Shown: piece by piece, positions 1 to 13,328 of the stretch
Position numbering within the stretch: the stretch's first letter is position 1
How the letters are laid out: the number at the start of each line of letters is the position of its first letter
Assembly (NCBI GenBank): GCA_025786725.1
Contig: JAHLTZ010000016.1
Span: 186,001 to 250,000 of the forward strand
Origin: Syncephalis fuscata S228
Lineage: Eukaryota; Fungi; Zoopagomycota
Reading direction: 5' to 3'
DNA length: 64,000 bases
The notes under the pieces: model-generated
The model's database searches: none
Told to the model about the DNA's origin: nothing
What the model saw: only the letters and a program-made list of their open reading frames with translations
Program-made: the position numbers and the translations under genes

Positions 1-261
1 TTATACTATTGTCAAATATTTTAATATCTTATTCTATTTGCTATGATGTTACAGCTCTAATGTAAAAAGTGTAGTTTAGATGAACAAGTAACATGTTGTA
101 CTGATGTTAACTTTTGACGTTTACTAATAAGTGCTTTAATGCTCAGAATACAGTGTATCGACTGGTTGATATTGCTATTGAATAGAGTTATAATTTTATA
201 GTAACCATAGATAATCATATTCATTTTTTATAATTAATAAACTTTATAAATAATTTAAATA

Positions 262-3200
262 TTACACCCAACCAACACGATGAGCAGTTTCAGCAATAGC
301 TTGTTGTACGGCTAGTGATTCAAGCAGTGGATTTACTGTTACAGTATCGACTGATATCGCTGCAGTATTCGTTTGAGAATCACAAACGGGTGTCAGTCGA
401 ATGGTCCGAATAATCGACGTTAAAAGCATTGGTGAATCGGCCGAGAATATAGCCCGACAAGCATGATGTACATCAGGATTGACGCCTGCTTCCAGCATCT
501 GACGCCATATCTCTAGTACCATGGGTAATCGTACTGTTTTTTGATCTGTAGGAAAGTGGAATGGCTTTCTATTACATCGTTTTCTCGTAAAGATATCAAT
601 TGACGAGCAATGGACCGTCGACAGCATGTTAATAAAATGGCAAAAGTTTGTGACGTCGGCTTGAAACCATCAGCTTTGAATTCCTTGTAAATACGTGCTG
701 CATTGACTATATCGCCCTGACGAGCATAGGCCGATAATAAAGTATGTCGTGCAGTAATGTCTGGTATTATGGGCCGCTTAGAATTAACCTTATTTGCTGG
801 TAATTGTTGGATACGTTGGTATGCGGCTTCTGCTGCTGGTAAATTGCCATTCATTGCGTACCAACGAATAATTTCAGTGGCCAATACTTGATTGCACAGA
901 ATTGGTGATTCAGATGCAGTGTTTGGCGCCTGTTCCGTATAGGCATTTGGGTCACCTAGTTCTTTCAGCCATGACCAAACAAGATCATGTCGTTGGTGTC
1001 GTATGGCCGCTGTAATGACGATGGCAAAAGTACGGGCATCCGGAGCCATATCATTGCCACGCTCTTTCATTATTTCCATACAATCTAAACAGCGTCGTAG
1101 TTTTTACCTGCCGTATGTGCTCTTAGTAATACATTGTATGCCTTTGTGTCCAGGCTGTGTCCATTAGCTAACATATCGTTTAACAATGCATAAAGTCTTG
1201 ACCATCGTTTTTTACGTGCTGCAGCATCCATCAAAGCAGTGTAGATTGGCACGGAAAGTGCTGCTTTTAAAGATGGCGCTAGCTGATGGTATTGATCATA
1301 TGCACCTTCATCGTCATTTCGCCGTAAACGAGCCGATACTAAAATAGAAAATATATTTGCATGATCTTGAGCTACTAGTTGAAGTCGTGGTTTGTATAAA
1401 CCGTTATCGCTATTTGATTGTGTCTTCCAAAAGTGTAAATAAGGCGATAGATCGGCCAGCCAAAGCAGTTGTTGATATAGATATTCGGCCAGTCCTATCT
1501 TGCCGTAAGTTGCCATTATATGTATCATAATGGCAAAAGTCTTAACATTGGCTGGTGGCCCGCGAACTACATGCGTAAACAATTCGTTGCTATCATCGAT
1601 GGATTGTTCCAAAGTGTCACGCGGAAATAATGCCATGACACGTTCATAGTAACAGAGCCTTAGTGTGTGGAAATCCTTACGCTTGCCTAATACATATAGC
1701 CAAGTATTATGCTCGTCTGCACCCAAAGGTAGACCGGAATGTAAAAGATCTTGCCAAACTGCTTGTGCGCCATCTGGACAATTGGCATCGCCAAGTGCTC
1801 TAATAACAGCACAACAAAGTGATATAGCCTCGGCTACACGCGATCCGCCTCGAGCACGCTCAGCTGTGTTAATGGCACCATCGGATCGTAAACTGGCGTT
1901 GAATATAACTTCTTTAGATAATGGACGAGAATGGGACGATTCGTTGAGTGCCGCTTCTCTGGCTTGAGTTGCAAATTGGCGTGCATCTTGTGATCGACCC
2001 GCTTTAGCATAGCCAATGGCCAATGCAGTCAGTGTAGCAATAGTAAATCTTACACCCAGTGCCACTACTATTTGGCGAATACGATGCATTTCTTCATAGG
2101 CACCATATCGGCTACAAGCATCAATAAGAATTGCCACTGTATGTGCATTAGGATGCCAATTGTCTGGATCTGCCGCACGTTGACTCATTAGCTGATCAAA
2201 AATTCGAATAGCACCTAATAAATCTTGTTGTTCAATATGTAACGTAGAATTACATTAACGGTTGCTTGTGTTGGCTGGATTCCTGCTGATAACATCCATC
2301 GCAGTGTTCTACCAGCGCCAATATAATCCTTTTTTTCGATTTGAAGTGACATTAGTGCCGTGTATGTATGTACATTAGGAGTTGGAAATGAAAATGCAGA
2401 CTGTTCGTCAGTTTTTTTAGACGGCAAAGCATTCGCTGATGTGCTTCTTGTTGTAACATACATTTGTCGTATTTTATATTAGAGGTAATGCGCAATGCTT
2501 CTCTCTGTTCAAGTATACCGCGTATTCTAGCCACTGCATCCCATCGTCCGGCTCTGCCATATCCAACCAGCAATGCTTGCTGTGTATATGCATCCCATTT
2601 TATTCGATGCAATATTGCCATATCTTTGGCATATTGCTCCATGTCATCTACATCGCCAAATCGTGCATGAGCATTAATGCGTGTATTCCAGCTCATACGA
2701 TTTGGTGCAAGTCCCGGATGATCTAGCATTTCTTTCCATACATATTCAACTGCCTTTAAAGCGCCTTGCTGTGTGTAAGCTTGTAAGCGTGTATTGTATG
2801 CAGTCAGCCAATGTGCATGTGTTTTCTCGTTAGTAACATTCTTTATGTAGCTACTATTATTGTAAATCGTTGATTGTTTTAACATGCAATTATGACCTTG
2901 TAAATAAAAATATCTGGTGTATTTTTATACAAAGCTGGCTTTGCTAGTTTGCTGTTATGATTATTAGTATCGGCTTTCGATGTTGCAGAATCAAATGAGC
3001 GCATAAGCTGCCATACACGCTCCATCGATGCTAGATCGCTGCATATTGCAAAAGCATGCAAAGTAGCATTCCATTCGGATTTTTTTAAAACACGAGGTGC
3101 TTGTAGTATATCATTTAGTACAATGCGCAATCGGCGGGCTGCTTCTGTTGTCGGTTTGCCATTGGCCAGATGTTTAATAAGTGTAGTATATGTCTGAATA

Positions 3201-4013
3201 GGCATTTGACGCAGTACTTTGGGTACAATAGTAGCCGTTGAAATTGTAACCAAACACGATCGGCTGCCACCTGTCCAGAATCCACCAAGTTCAATTTGCT
3301 TTGGTGTAAAATATCGAGTTGTGCCGATACATCCATAAGCGGTGAAGTACCGCCATTAAGCATAGCTTCGTTAAATGCACGGGCAAGTGTGCGTGCTGCA
3401 TTTTGATTAATACCCGGTGGATTAAGCCGATTCCTTATAATGGCACGATTTTTACGAAGTGCTGCATTTGTTATACGTCGATTAGACACATTCCCTAAAT
3501 CATCGTTTTTGTTTTCTGACTTGTTAAACGACTTATCTGTATCAAATCTGTTAGATGTTATAATACTTTTACATATACTAGTATTTCCCACACTAGCCAG
3601 TATATTTTTATACTTACATTCCATTATTTATCTGTCTTTTCTGTCTTTGTAGTGTCATTAATAGAGCCTGATAATCCATGAATAGTTTTTGACGATATAA
3701 TAACATGTTTGACTGTATGTGGCCGTGCAGCTAAACTATTGCTTGTTTGATGCGCCCATCGTCGTTGTTGCCAATGCTGACATTTCAATGATAGAAATCT
3801 TTTCTGCCGTTGATAATTACGCGACCCTAGTGCTTCCTGACAACTTAACTCGCTTTTAACAATATCTACTGGCCATGAATGTGATTGCAGTAGTGGTTGT
3901 AGTAGTCGCGTTTGCCACAAGTCGGGCAAAAGTATAAACGCCGACGTAGCTTTTGTTTTAAACAACCCAGAATCCGTTAATCGCCAATGGTGTTTGCAGG
4001 CAAGCTTGGACAT
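262..4013 (-). CDS. Pentatricopeptide-repeat (PPR) protein, probably mitochondrial; split into 8 ORF pieces by 7 apparent single-base deletions
   Basis: Repeated PPR motifs (PNRMSWNTRINAHARFGD, PNVHTYTALM, PNAHTVAILIDACSRYG, PDARTFAIVI, PTSQTFAILL) in consecutive overlapping minus-strand ORFs, each offset by -1; Arg-rich N-terminus. Confidence 0.85.
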
Positions 4014-4473
4014 GGTAATGCAAAGATCTGTGTTTTTCTAGCCAGGTATACACCGGCTGGCTAATAACCGCAAGATTAAAGTGTTTGTACCTTACTACTT
4101 GCAGCTACACTATAGTAACAATAGAATCGTTTGAATCATACGTACTCGAATAGATTAAACGATACGTACCTACCAACAACAACGACAGCGACAACAACAA
4201 AAACAAATAAATATAATCAACGTATAAATTATGGCGTAATATTTTAATATAGCAGAAAAGTAAAAACAGCCTTTTCATTGATATACTGTAATGTAATTGC
4301 AAATAATACAGCAAACGCGACATCATACCACGTGATCTTTTTACTTTTACATTCTTTGTTTTGAGATTCTTATTTTTCTTTACCTTTTATTATTTCCTAC
4401 GTTTTTTTTGGTAGAGAAAAGGTGCAACAGGGTGCAGTCTGCTATACATATACTTTAATACAGAATATATAAT

Positions 4474-5431
4474 ATGTCACGCGGAAGAGGTCGAGGACGT
4501 GGCGGTGGTGCTGGTCGCGGTGGCGGTCCAATGGGATTCTCTGGTCTACAAAGTGAAATCCAAGGCGTTTCTCTTTTTCCTACCGAGCCAGTGGCAACAT
4601 TTCCGGTACGCTTCATACTAGCTTATTATGGCTTTGAACAATATCTAATATTATTATAGGAAATTACATTGCCAATACCACGAAAACTTACTACAGAAGA
4701 AGAAGCTATTTTGCAACAACAGGATGAATTGCTAGAAACCATACGACAAAGTGCTTTTTATATTACAGTACCGCTACCATCAAAAGGTATTTATCGAAAA
4801 AATTAAATGGATAGCTAATAATAAAAGATATTGAACGCTATTCGGATAAATATTTAACATTGGGCAATCAGCGTGCAAAACTACGAAGTATTCAGACAGG
4901 TAATTATATTAAAGTGATCGTGTTAATTATTGTAATAATTATACGGTGTTAGATTTAGATTTTTTCCCTGAAGAACTTCACCGAGTACTGGATCCTAGTA
5001 AAAAAGGAAATAGTAAGTTTGTAAAATAAAATTAAATAAAATTGTAATGTAAATGCATTTATAGCACAACGAAAAGTGGAAATGGATTTGGCAGCCACGT
5101 TTGAAAGAATTGAACAGCAGGCGAAAGATGGCGACCAGGTTTGTGCTTATTATCTAATTGATTTGTTATAAACTAATGGTTGATGGATATTAGGATGACG
5201 ATGCCGATGAAGGCGAAAGGGAAGGGGCAGATCGGCCAGACGATGATGGAGAGGACGACGGTGTAGTGGATGCCGAGTATGAAGATGAAGACGACGACTA
5301 TGCGCAACAATACTTTGACAATGGCGAAGGCGATGAGGGCGGTGACGACGATGGTAAGTATAATATGCACATATTATTAGTATTGCATCTCATCCCTACT
5401 GGTAATAGATCAAGATGGTGCAGTTTTCTAA
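4474..5431 (+). CDS. RPC31: RNA polymerase III subunit C31 (multi-exon)
   Basis: MSRGRGRGRGGG N-terminus, spliced DIERYSDKY and FFPEEL motifs, acidic tail DDDYAQQYFDNGEGD; GT-AG introns. Confidence 0.9.
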
Positions 5432-5632
5432 ATGTTACAAGAACATGACATTTTATAAAAATAGCTTTATTTCATACGTAAATTTACAATAAACAATAGT
5501 ATATAATTTATTGTGAAGCTCAATGCTGATTACTATTCTACCACAAATTCATATTGTTATTGAATAGTAGTCGTTTAATGTTTGTGTAGTGTACATTGGT
5601 TGTTACTTTAAATAGATACGTTTGCTATGCTA

Positions 5633-7509
5633 TTATTCCGATTCAGGTATACTTGATACATCAATGGTTACGCGAACATGTGACGATTTTAATCCTATTG
5701 AGTTACGAATCTCGCTATTTTTTCGATAACCAAAAAACTTTTGCTTGATAGCATGAATAGTCATTTTTTGACGTCTGTCGCCAGTTGATTCGCTTTTTGT
5801 ATGGATGTCAATAACAAAAAGAATAGGTAAAATTCGAAAAATATGCATAGCTTATTCAACACTGAGTATGCTATTATCATTGCAGGGCCATAGCGCCAGT
5901 AGTGGAAAATATCAAATATCACAGTTGTAAATGCAATCAACTGTCCAATAATAGAAATGGCATAGATTAAAGTAAGCTATTAATGGTTGATTAATGGTTA
6001 GTACAGCAATAGTAGCAATAGAAGTAATAATAAAAAACTTACTCGTTGTAGCGCTCGAAGTGCATCGGTTTTAACGCGAAAAATACTTTGTAAGCGAAAG
6101 AAAACAAAGCCTAATAATGTAAAAGTTAAGCGATGATACTTGAATATAAATTAGCTATTTACCATGATAACCGAAACACTTAGTACTATTATTTTGCCCA
6201 ACAATAGCATAGGAACTACGAGAGCAGCTAATGAATCGCCACTCTTGTATAATGAAGACAATCACAAAGAATTATGAGTGATTCACAAATGATATTGCCA
6301 ATAAGAGAGAACCAGATTGTGATTTTAATCAGTTGAACGTATGGTTTATCGTGTATTTCTATTAAAACAGAGTGCCTTTAAACGTAAAAATTAAATTAGT
6401 TTACTTGGCTTTTATTTATTCAATTATTACTTACCATAATGAAAGTAATTGATGAAAGGTAATAAGAAAAGTTATTTCTCTTATTTGTATAAGCCAGTAT
6501 GCAGCTATTCCGTTAACATTCATAAACATAATAGGAATTATAACTGAAATAGACTGTGATTAATAACATAATAATAATACTAATAATAATAGCAAATAGT
6601 TAACTTACGGCAAATAGCAAAAAGTGTAGTGTAAAAGATAAAAAACTGTCGTGGTGAAGGATATGTCTTGTTTTTTAGTATTTTTACTAGCTTAATAAAA
6701 CCATAAATGGCAGCTACAATAAACACTGACGTACAAAAATACAAAAAAATTGTATATTCTATTTTACTGAATGCATCGTTCCATGGACCTGATTCTATTA
6801 CGAATAAATTAAGCTATATTTAATATGAATAGTGCAATATCGTGCTAGTCACATACCTTGCTCGACAAAGACAACAACACGATCTCCTGGATTAGTATTA
6901 TGCGACATTATATCCTTAAACGCACGCCTCCTTAATAATAGCGTGCGAATTGCCGGTGGTCCATTAAAAGGTATCTGTCTAACCGTTGTATACGAAATGG
7001 TTTGTGGAGCACCTGGTACATCATTTTTCCTATGACGCTTCATAAGAAACAATACAGCTTGTACATATGCTTTACCCGTCGACTCCCAGACATCGCTTAA
7101 TTCCTTTACAGCAGACACAGCCTAATAAATGCAAAACAAACACAGCAAACTAATTGTTAATATTATTGCTTTTACACACATTCAACAATATTACACGATT
7201 TAATGTTGTACAGCTACGGTGTTTTAACTGGCTTTCATCAATAGCAATAATGACATGCTTATCAGGTAGTATTGTCTCATTTAGCGCTGGTGGTTTTAGT
7301 TTGCATGCCTCTCCTTCAATAAACTCAGCAATCAGCAATACTCCTGTTGCGTTGTATTTTTCTGGATAAACCTGAAATGGATCCTGTGTCGGATTACTGA
7401 ACGTTTGATTGCCGATATAGAATGTAGCTCTTCCCGTTACTGGATACAATCCTTGCGACAAGAATACAAAAATAAAAATGAAAAAGTCAGTTAGCAATAT
7501 AGGCGTCAT
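5633..7509 (-). CDS. Signal peptide + PA-like ectodomain + multi-pass membrane protein (multi-exon)
   Basis: Hydrophobic N-terminus, Cys-containing ectodomain, ESGPWNDAF motif after the splice, followed by several hydrophobic exons and a polar tail. Confidence 0.65.
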
Positions 7510-8424
7510 CTTAAAGCTGACATGAAAGAGGCCGCTTGACGCATGAATTTCATTTAAATAGTAACGGGTGACTGGCTCAAAACACAGGACAACTCAAGGT
7601 CAACACAGGCGTAAACTTTTGTTTATTACATTAAAAAAACGAATGATCATTAGTGAACCAGAGTTATGAATAGAACTGAAATAAACAGGTTATCATTGCC
7701 AAGATAATCGTGACCCATTCACAAGGGCTGTACTTGTTGATGTAGTTAAGTTAAACGTGAAAGAATAGCCGAATGTTTGTATTTACCGGATATACAGAAT
7801 TACTACTATATTTACAAAGACTCGACCAGCCTACCGACTCTCGGATATTGCGCATGCATATCCGCTTTACAATAAATTACTAATCACGAGTATTATAATA
7901 AAATGCCTATTCTAGCAAGTAACATTATTTATAGCAAAGCCTTGCAAAGTGCGTGCCATTTGTTATGATAGTCTAAAAATACGTATAAATAAATGACCAA
8001 ATTTTATACTTACCTAGTCTTCTATCTAAACTATTTTTTGTTTCAGCTTTAGTACTACTAGAACTCTTCACATTTACTATGCATATATACTCTATAAATT
8101 TAATTTACTAATAGTCACTTTGTTTGCATATTTATTTTGTTATATAATGTTTTATTGTATACTAGCTACGTACTATTCAATAATGTTGTCTGTTTAGTGT
8201 TAGTTCTAACAGTTTTAAGTATTGGTTTATTTTTCTTAGTAATTTGTTTATTAAATCAATATATATATATATATATATGCGTCATAATAAACCATAATAG
8301 TTATTAATTTAATATTAATCGTACACATAAAAGTCGCATGTGATTTGCTAAAGTTTCAGCAGTATGTTTTAATAAACAGAAATAAAATAATAAAATACAA
8401 CGCCCATCAGCCATCCATATCTGA

Positions 8425-9611
8425 TTAGTTGTGTCGAAATAGTTTCATGCCCATCCAATTGCAGGTCACTGCATAGATGAACAATGGCAAAGATAACGGA
8501 ATTAATAAACAGTAATATTGATCATCGCGTATCCAATCAAATACCTATTTAAATAAACGAGTTAGTAACACTGATTATGTTGTACGGATATGTGTATCTA
8601 TATCAAACTTACTGCACTGCCAGTATCAGGCATCCATTTGGATATAAATGCAGCATAGATACCACTAACAAAGACGATATACGTCGATGCAAGTAGAACC
8701 CAGCCCCAAAACGGCGTATAATCTGGATCTTCTGCACCTAGTCGCTGATGAGATATCTCAAAGACAAGTGGAGGCCGTGCACGCCTTTCTGATGGTAGCA
8801 TTGCTGTTTCTGGTCCTTCCATTTCGCTTAGTTGTCGCGAATGGGCATGCAGCGCTATAGATTGTGGACGTAAACGATGATCAATATCCGAACGGTACCA
8901 AGCAGCTATCGATTCAGAAGTTACCGATCGTTCGCGATCAAGTAATAGTGCATCCTGTTGTTGCTGTTGTTGCTGTGTCGATGTATGTGCTGGTGGTGTT
9001 GACATGGATGAAAAATAATCTTGTGCTGTCATGGCCCTAAATCGATTAGATGTGCGATTAGGCGTGTTACTGCCTGTAGCCAAACCAGATGGATTATTTA
9101 CATTAGTATGATTTGTACGCGGAGATGCAGTTCCATTAAACGATATACTACTCATAGAATGTGAACGGCCCATATTTAAGCCATGAACAAGACGACGACG
9201 CAGTTCACTTTCACTAGTATTACTAGTATTATTATTATTGTTATTGTTGTTGTTGTTACTGTTGTTGTTACTACTGTTGCTGCCACTACCACTCCCTTCT
9301 ATGCCTCCATAGCCACCCGAAGAAACTGTCTCGCTACAGATGGCAGCTACTCGTCCAAATAATAATGTATTACGTGGCCGTCTACTTGACGTTCCACCAT
9401 TATTACCGCTTTCTGTTGCCATTGTTGTACTCACAGAACGAAGGTGTTTTGAATCTGTAAGATCTGTATAAGTAGTCGCGGCTGGTTGCTGCAAAGTTGC
9501 ACCTATAGAAGCATACTGTCGAGAATCGTGGTCTATCTCGTGCAGATGACTCGCTCTCGTATCACCAGTGTCTGAAAACGTATCACTATGTGGGTGTATA
9601 AAAGTGGACAT
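8425..9611 (-). CDS. PIG-Y-domain membrane protein with long low-complexity N-terminus (2 exons, intron 8545-8612)
   Basis: C-terminus GWVLLASTYIVFVSGIYAAFISKWMPDTG..DWIRDDQYYCLLIPLSLP..NWMGMKLFRHN* resembles the PIG-Y family; poly-N and poly-Q tracts. Confidence 0.8.
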
Positions 9612-9743
9612 GGTAATCTACACAATACACTGTAGCTAATCTAATATAAAGAGACCAATAGAAGATGAAAAAGGTATAAAAAACTTTAATAAGATAACAA
9701 TATGAAGATAATCATTTATGCCATTGATAGAATTCAGTTCTAT

Positions 9744-9914
9744 TCAGATTACACACTTTCCGGCAGCGCCTACCGAGCTAAAATGACATGTTTTTCCGTC
9801 TTTACACTGGCTATCGTTCATACATCCCCAGAGTTCTGTTTTGGGCCTAAAACTTTGCACTGATGATATGAATAAAGCGACCATTGTGATATAGGTTAAC
9901 ATCTTGTATTGCAT
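9744..9914 (-). CDS. Small secreted 4-Cys peptide (56 aa)
   Basis: MQYKMLTYITMVALFISSVQS signal-like leader, then C-x5-C-x5-C-x10-C. Confidence 0.65.
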   Translation of the reverse strand: MQYKMLTYITMVALFISSVQSFRPKTELWGCMNDSQCKDGKTCHFSSVGAAGKCVI

Positions 9915-10205
9915 GGTAAAAGTTATAACTTTCAGTGTCTGTTGAAGAAGCGACAAAAGTGTAAGTATGATTTGTGGTGACAATTAATCTGAAAGAAATC
10001 AGCGATTTAAATACTATGCAGTCATGGGTCATTGGCCTTTGTAACAAGTGTATTTCCAAGTATAAAAAATAAAAAATACCACATTTATTGTTATAAACGA
10101 TAGAACATTAAAATAATGGCAAAGTAATGCTTGTTCTAACCAATAATGACAATACAATTCGTATACATGCTTAAATAAATGGTCATTGTTTAGCAATAAT
10201 AGCCA

Positions 10206-11820
10206 TTAGAACCAAAAACTAACACTAAAACTCGTATCAAGAGCACGTACATAATGCCACCATCGCGGCTATCGATACTATTAGTTAGCCTATTAACTGC
10301 CGTTATTATTCAACATAGTTACTTACTGGAATATAAAGTAAATCACCTGGATTTAAAATACAGTCATAGCCTTGTGCATTAATAAAGTCTGGAAAAGCAT
10401 GCCAATCAGGCTGTTCTACATCAAGCTAGTATAGATTAGCCATTATCAATGAATAGTAATTGTGTAGTATCATCATTGTCCTACCTGGCTTGTATTATGT
10501 AGCATTGTATCGGATTCGTGGGGATAGACCGGTTCATTAGGCGCATAAAAACGAAACTGTTTACGGCCAACCACTTGAGCAAATAGATTACGATCAGGAT
10601 CATGATGTAGAGGCGATATTGTACCCGCTGGTCCAAACCATGCGTGGGTTTGTACACTTGGTAAAGTCGCTTCATTCATGGCAAAACAATAATCGGGCAC
10701 TTGAATATCACGACGCAGTCGCGGTACTTGGTGGAATAAGTCATGTTGTGCCAAATAGCCTACGGTCTTTTTGGTCGCCACTACATAATCACGTAGAAAT
10801 ACGTCAAATCGCATTAATTGTTGTTGCCATTGTGCATCGGTGTAGCGATGTCCCAGTTCAACTGGCACCCATCGATGACCAAGTAGATCTACTAGATAGG
10901 TAGCATCACACCATCGTTTCATAGCTGGCCAATCTTGCACACCATTACCATGCGTAATAATAAATGGTACTTGTTGGGCCAATTGTCGATGGTAATCCGT
11001 TAAAGAAGGTGAACTAATACGTTTAACTGCCCTTAACGGTTACAACCTTTCTTAATTCTGTAGATAAAGCCGGTATTGTTGTTGTAGCCGTATGTTGTCT
11101 ATCAAGTAATGTTTGCAATGCCACTAGCCAAGATGAATCCTCTGTGACTGTATCACTAACTAAACGACGTCGCTTCGTATTTTCTGTCCTATCGATATTA
11201 CAATCGATACTAATAGATACCAGCAGTTGGTTGGCTGCATCAATTAATGAATGAACACACTGTTCTGTACCCAGTGCACCCGCCATAATTAATCCTGTAT
11301 CGAGTATTTCAATAGATTTCTCCAAATGATATTTTATTTCTATTACAATGAGTCTTTATATATGTATATGTATATACTATAACTTACCATCTCGTTTAAT
11401 TTCTAAATTACTTGCCCATAAATATTTTATATAACGATACGCAATGACCAATTCAATAGTACCGCGTAATAAAGCACAGCTAGAAAACCGCCTTAAACTA
11501 TCCGTACTCACTGTCTGATAGGGTACAGCGTGAAGAGCAAACTTTCTTCGGTCTAGTAAACATTCGGCGTCGAATTGAAGACGCTTTAATATAGCAACAG
11601 TGCTACTGTTATCGGTAGCTGTTAATTCAGATTGCAATTGATAAGCGATAGAGTGAAATAGTCGTGATTCCGTGTTGGTCCACTCAATAGTAGAAGTGGT
11701 AAAGGTAGAAGACGCGATAGTTACGGTTGTTGTCAGGTTGTTGTCCAACTGACTAGTAATCTCTTCTATTATTGTTTTTAGTGTATTTTCTACCGTTTCT
11801 ACTAAACCATGAGTGGTCAT
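10206..11820 (-). CDS. JmjC-domain 2OG/Fe oxygenase, JMJD5/KDM8-like (multi-exon; one frame break near 11040)
   Basis: VPVELG..YT, YLAQHDLF, WFGPAGTISPLHHDP, PRWWHYVRAL..SFSVSFWF. Confidence 0.88.
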
Positions 11821-11938
11821 AATGTTAAATGTAAATTGTATTTAGTAAAATAAAGACTTGAATAAAATAATTAAAGATTTTAATAAAATTCGTCTGTTTA
11901 ATAATAAAATATTATTAAATGCGTTTTCCTCTCTTTAA

Positions 11939-12895
11939 TTAAATGTGGCCATCTTTTTTAAGAGCAGCTACAAGTTCATCTACACTTTCTACTATACGAC
12001 AACCTTGACGGGTAGGTGGTTCAGTCATGCCAATAATCTCGATACGTGGCTTAGTATCAACATCCAAGGCAGATGATTCAATAGTCTCTAGTGGCTTCTT
12101 TTTCGCTTTCTATTAACATATTCACAGGTAAGTTTATCGATCGTACTATTGTAAATACTATTGACTTGCCATAATGTTAGGTAGTGATGGTAGAGGTGGA
12201 TCGTTCAATCTATTAATGCAATAACCAAGAAATGTTATAATAAAATACAAAAGCTATCGATTCTTTACCGTAAATCGGCTGTAACGACCGCTGGCAATGA
12301 TGCAGTAATCGTTTCAGTGCCGCCATCAATTTCTCGCACTACTTCAACTGTCTTGCCACCATCTATGATATCTACTTTGGATGCAAATGTTGCCTATTCA
12401 AGCATAAATAAACATTTGTATTAACAAAATATTGACTTATTACCGCTTATTATTAATTACCTGTGGCCATTTAAGTAGACCGGCAAGCATCTGACCTGTC
12501 TGACAAGCATTGTTATCTGCGGCTTGCTTGCCCATAATAATCAAATTGCTCTTCTCCTTCTCTGCAACCTTTTGCAATAGTTTGGCAACGGCAAGTGGTT
12601 GCAATGGAGCACTGTCAGTCTCGTTGTAAACTACATGAATTGCCTTATCGGCACCCATAGCTAACGCTTTGCGTAAAACCTCAACACATGCTTTGGGTCC
12701 ACATGACACAGCAACAATAGACTCAACCTGCTTATTTTGCTTTAATTTTACTGCTTCTGCAACGGCAATATCATCAAGTGGGTTTGGATAGTACTTTGCC
12801 AACTGAGTATCTATGCCCGACTTGGCTGCATTAAGCCGCACTTTGGCCCCGAGATCAAGAACTCGTTTGCATGGAACTAAAACACGTAGAGACAT
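11939..12895 (-). CDS. ETFB: Electron transfer flavoprotein beta subunit
   Basis: [53 protein letters not shown]. Confidence 0.93.
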
Positions 12896-13328
12896 GGTGT
12901 TGAAATGCTATAATAGACACTATATCGCAGATAAGCACAATAGTAGTAATAGTAGTAGCAGTAGTAGTGACAATAGTGGTGCAAATAATCAATCACTAAT
13001 ATCACAATCGAGTATACAGCTATTGATGAAAGAAGCGACGAGAAAGAAGTAATAAGGAGGAAGGACTCGGTATTTAACTATTCCGTCACTTATAACGCGT
13101 TGATGCTGACGCGCCCATTTCGGTGTGTATATATGTGTGTGTGTGTGTGATGTCGTCGGAGGATCACGGAGCCTACTAAGGTAAAGTCACGTGTTCATGT
13201 GGTATACTTGTCTGTACAAGTAACTAGCCTTGGTGTTATCCCTATTGTTACTGTTCATATTCCTATAATCCTTGGTTACTCTAATTTAACACACAAACAC
13301 GCCGTCATCCTATCTGGACTGCCGCATC

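Noticed and set aside
3620-3632. AAA-TAA as a Euplotes-style +1 programmed frameshift
   Set aside because: The +1 frame closes after three codons, and the other breaks share no such motif
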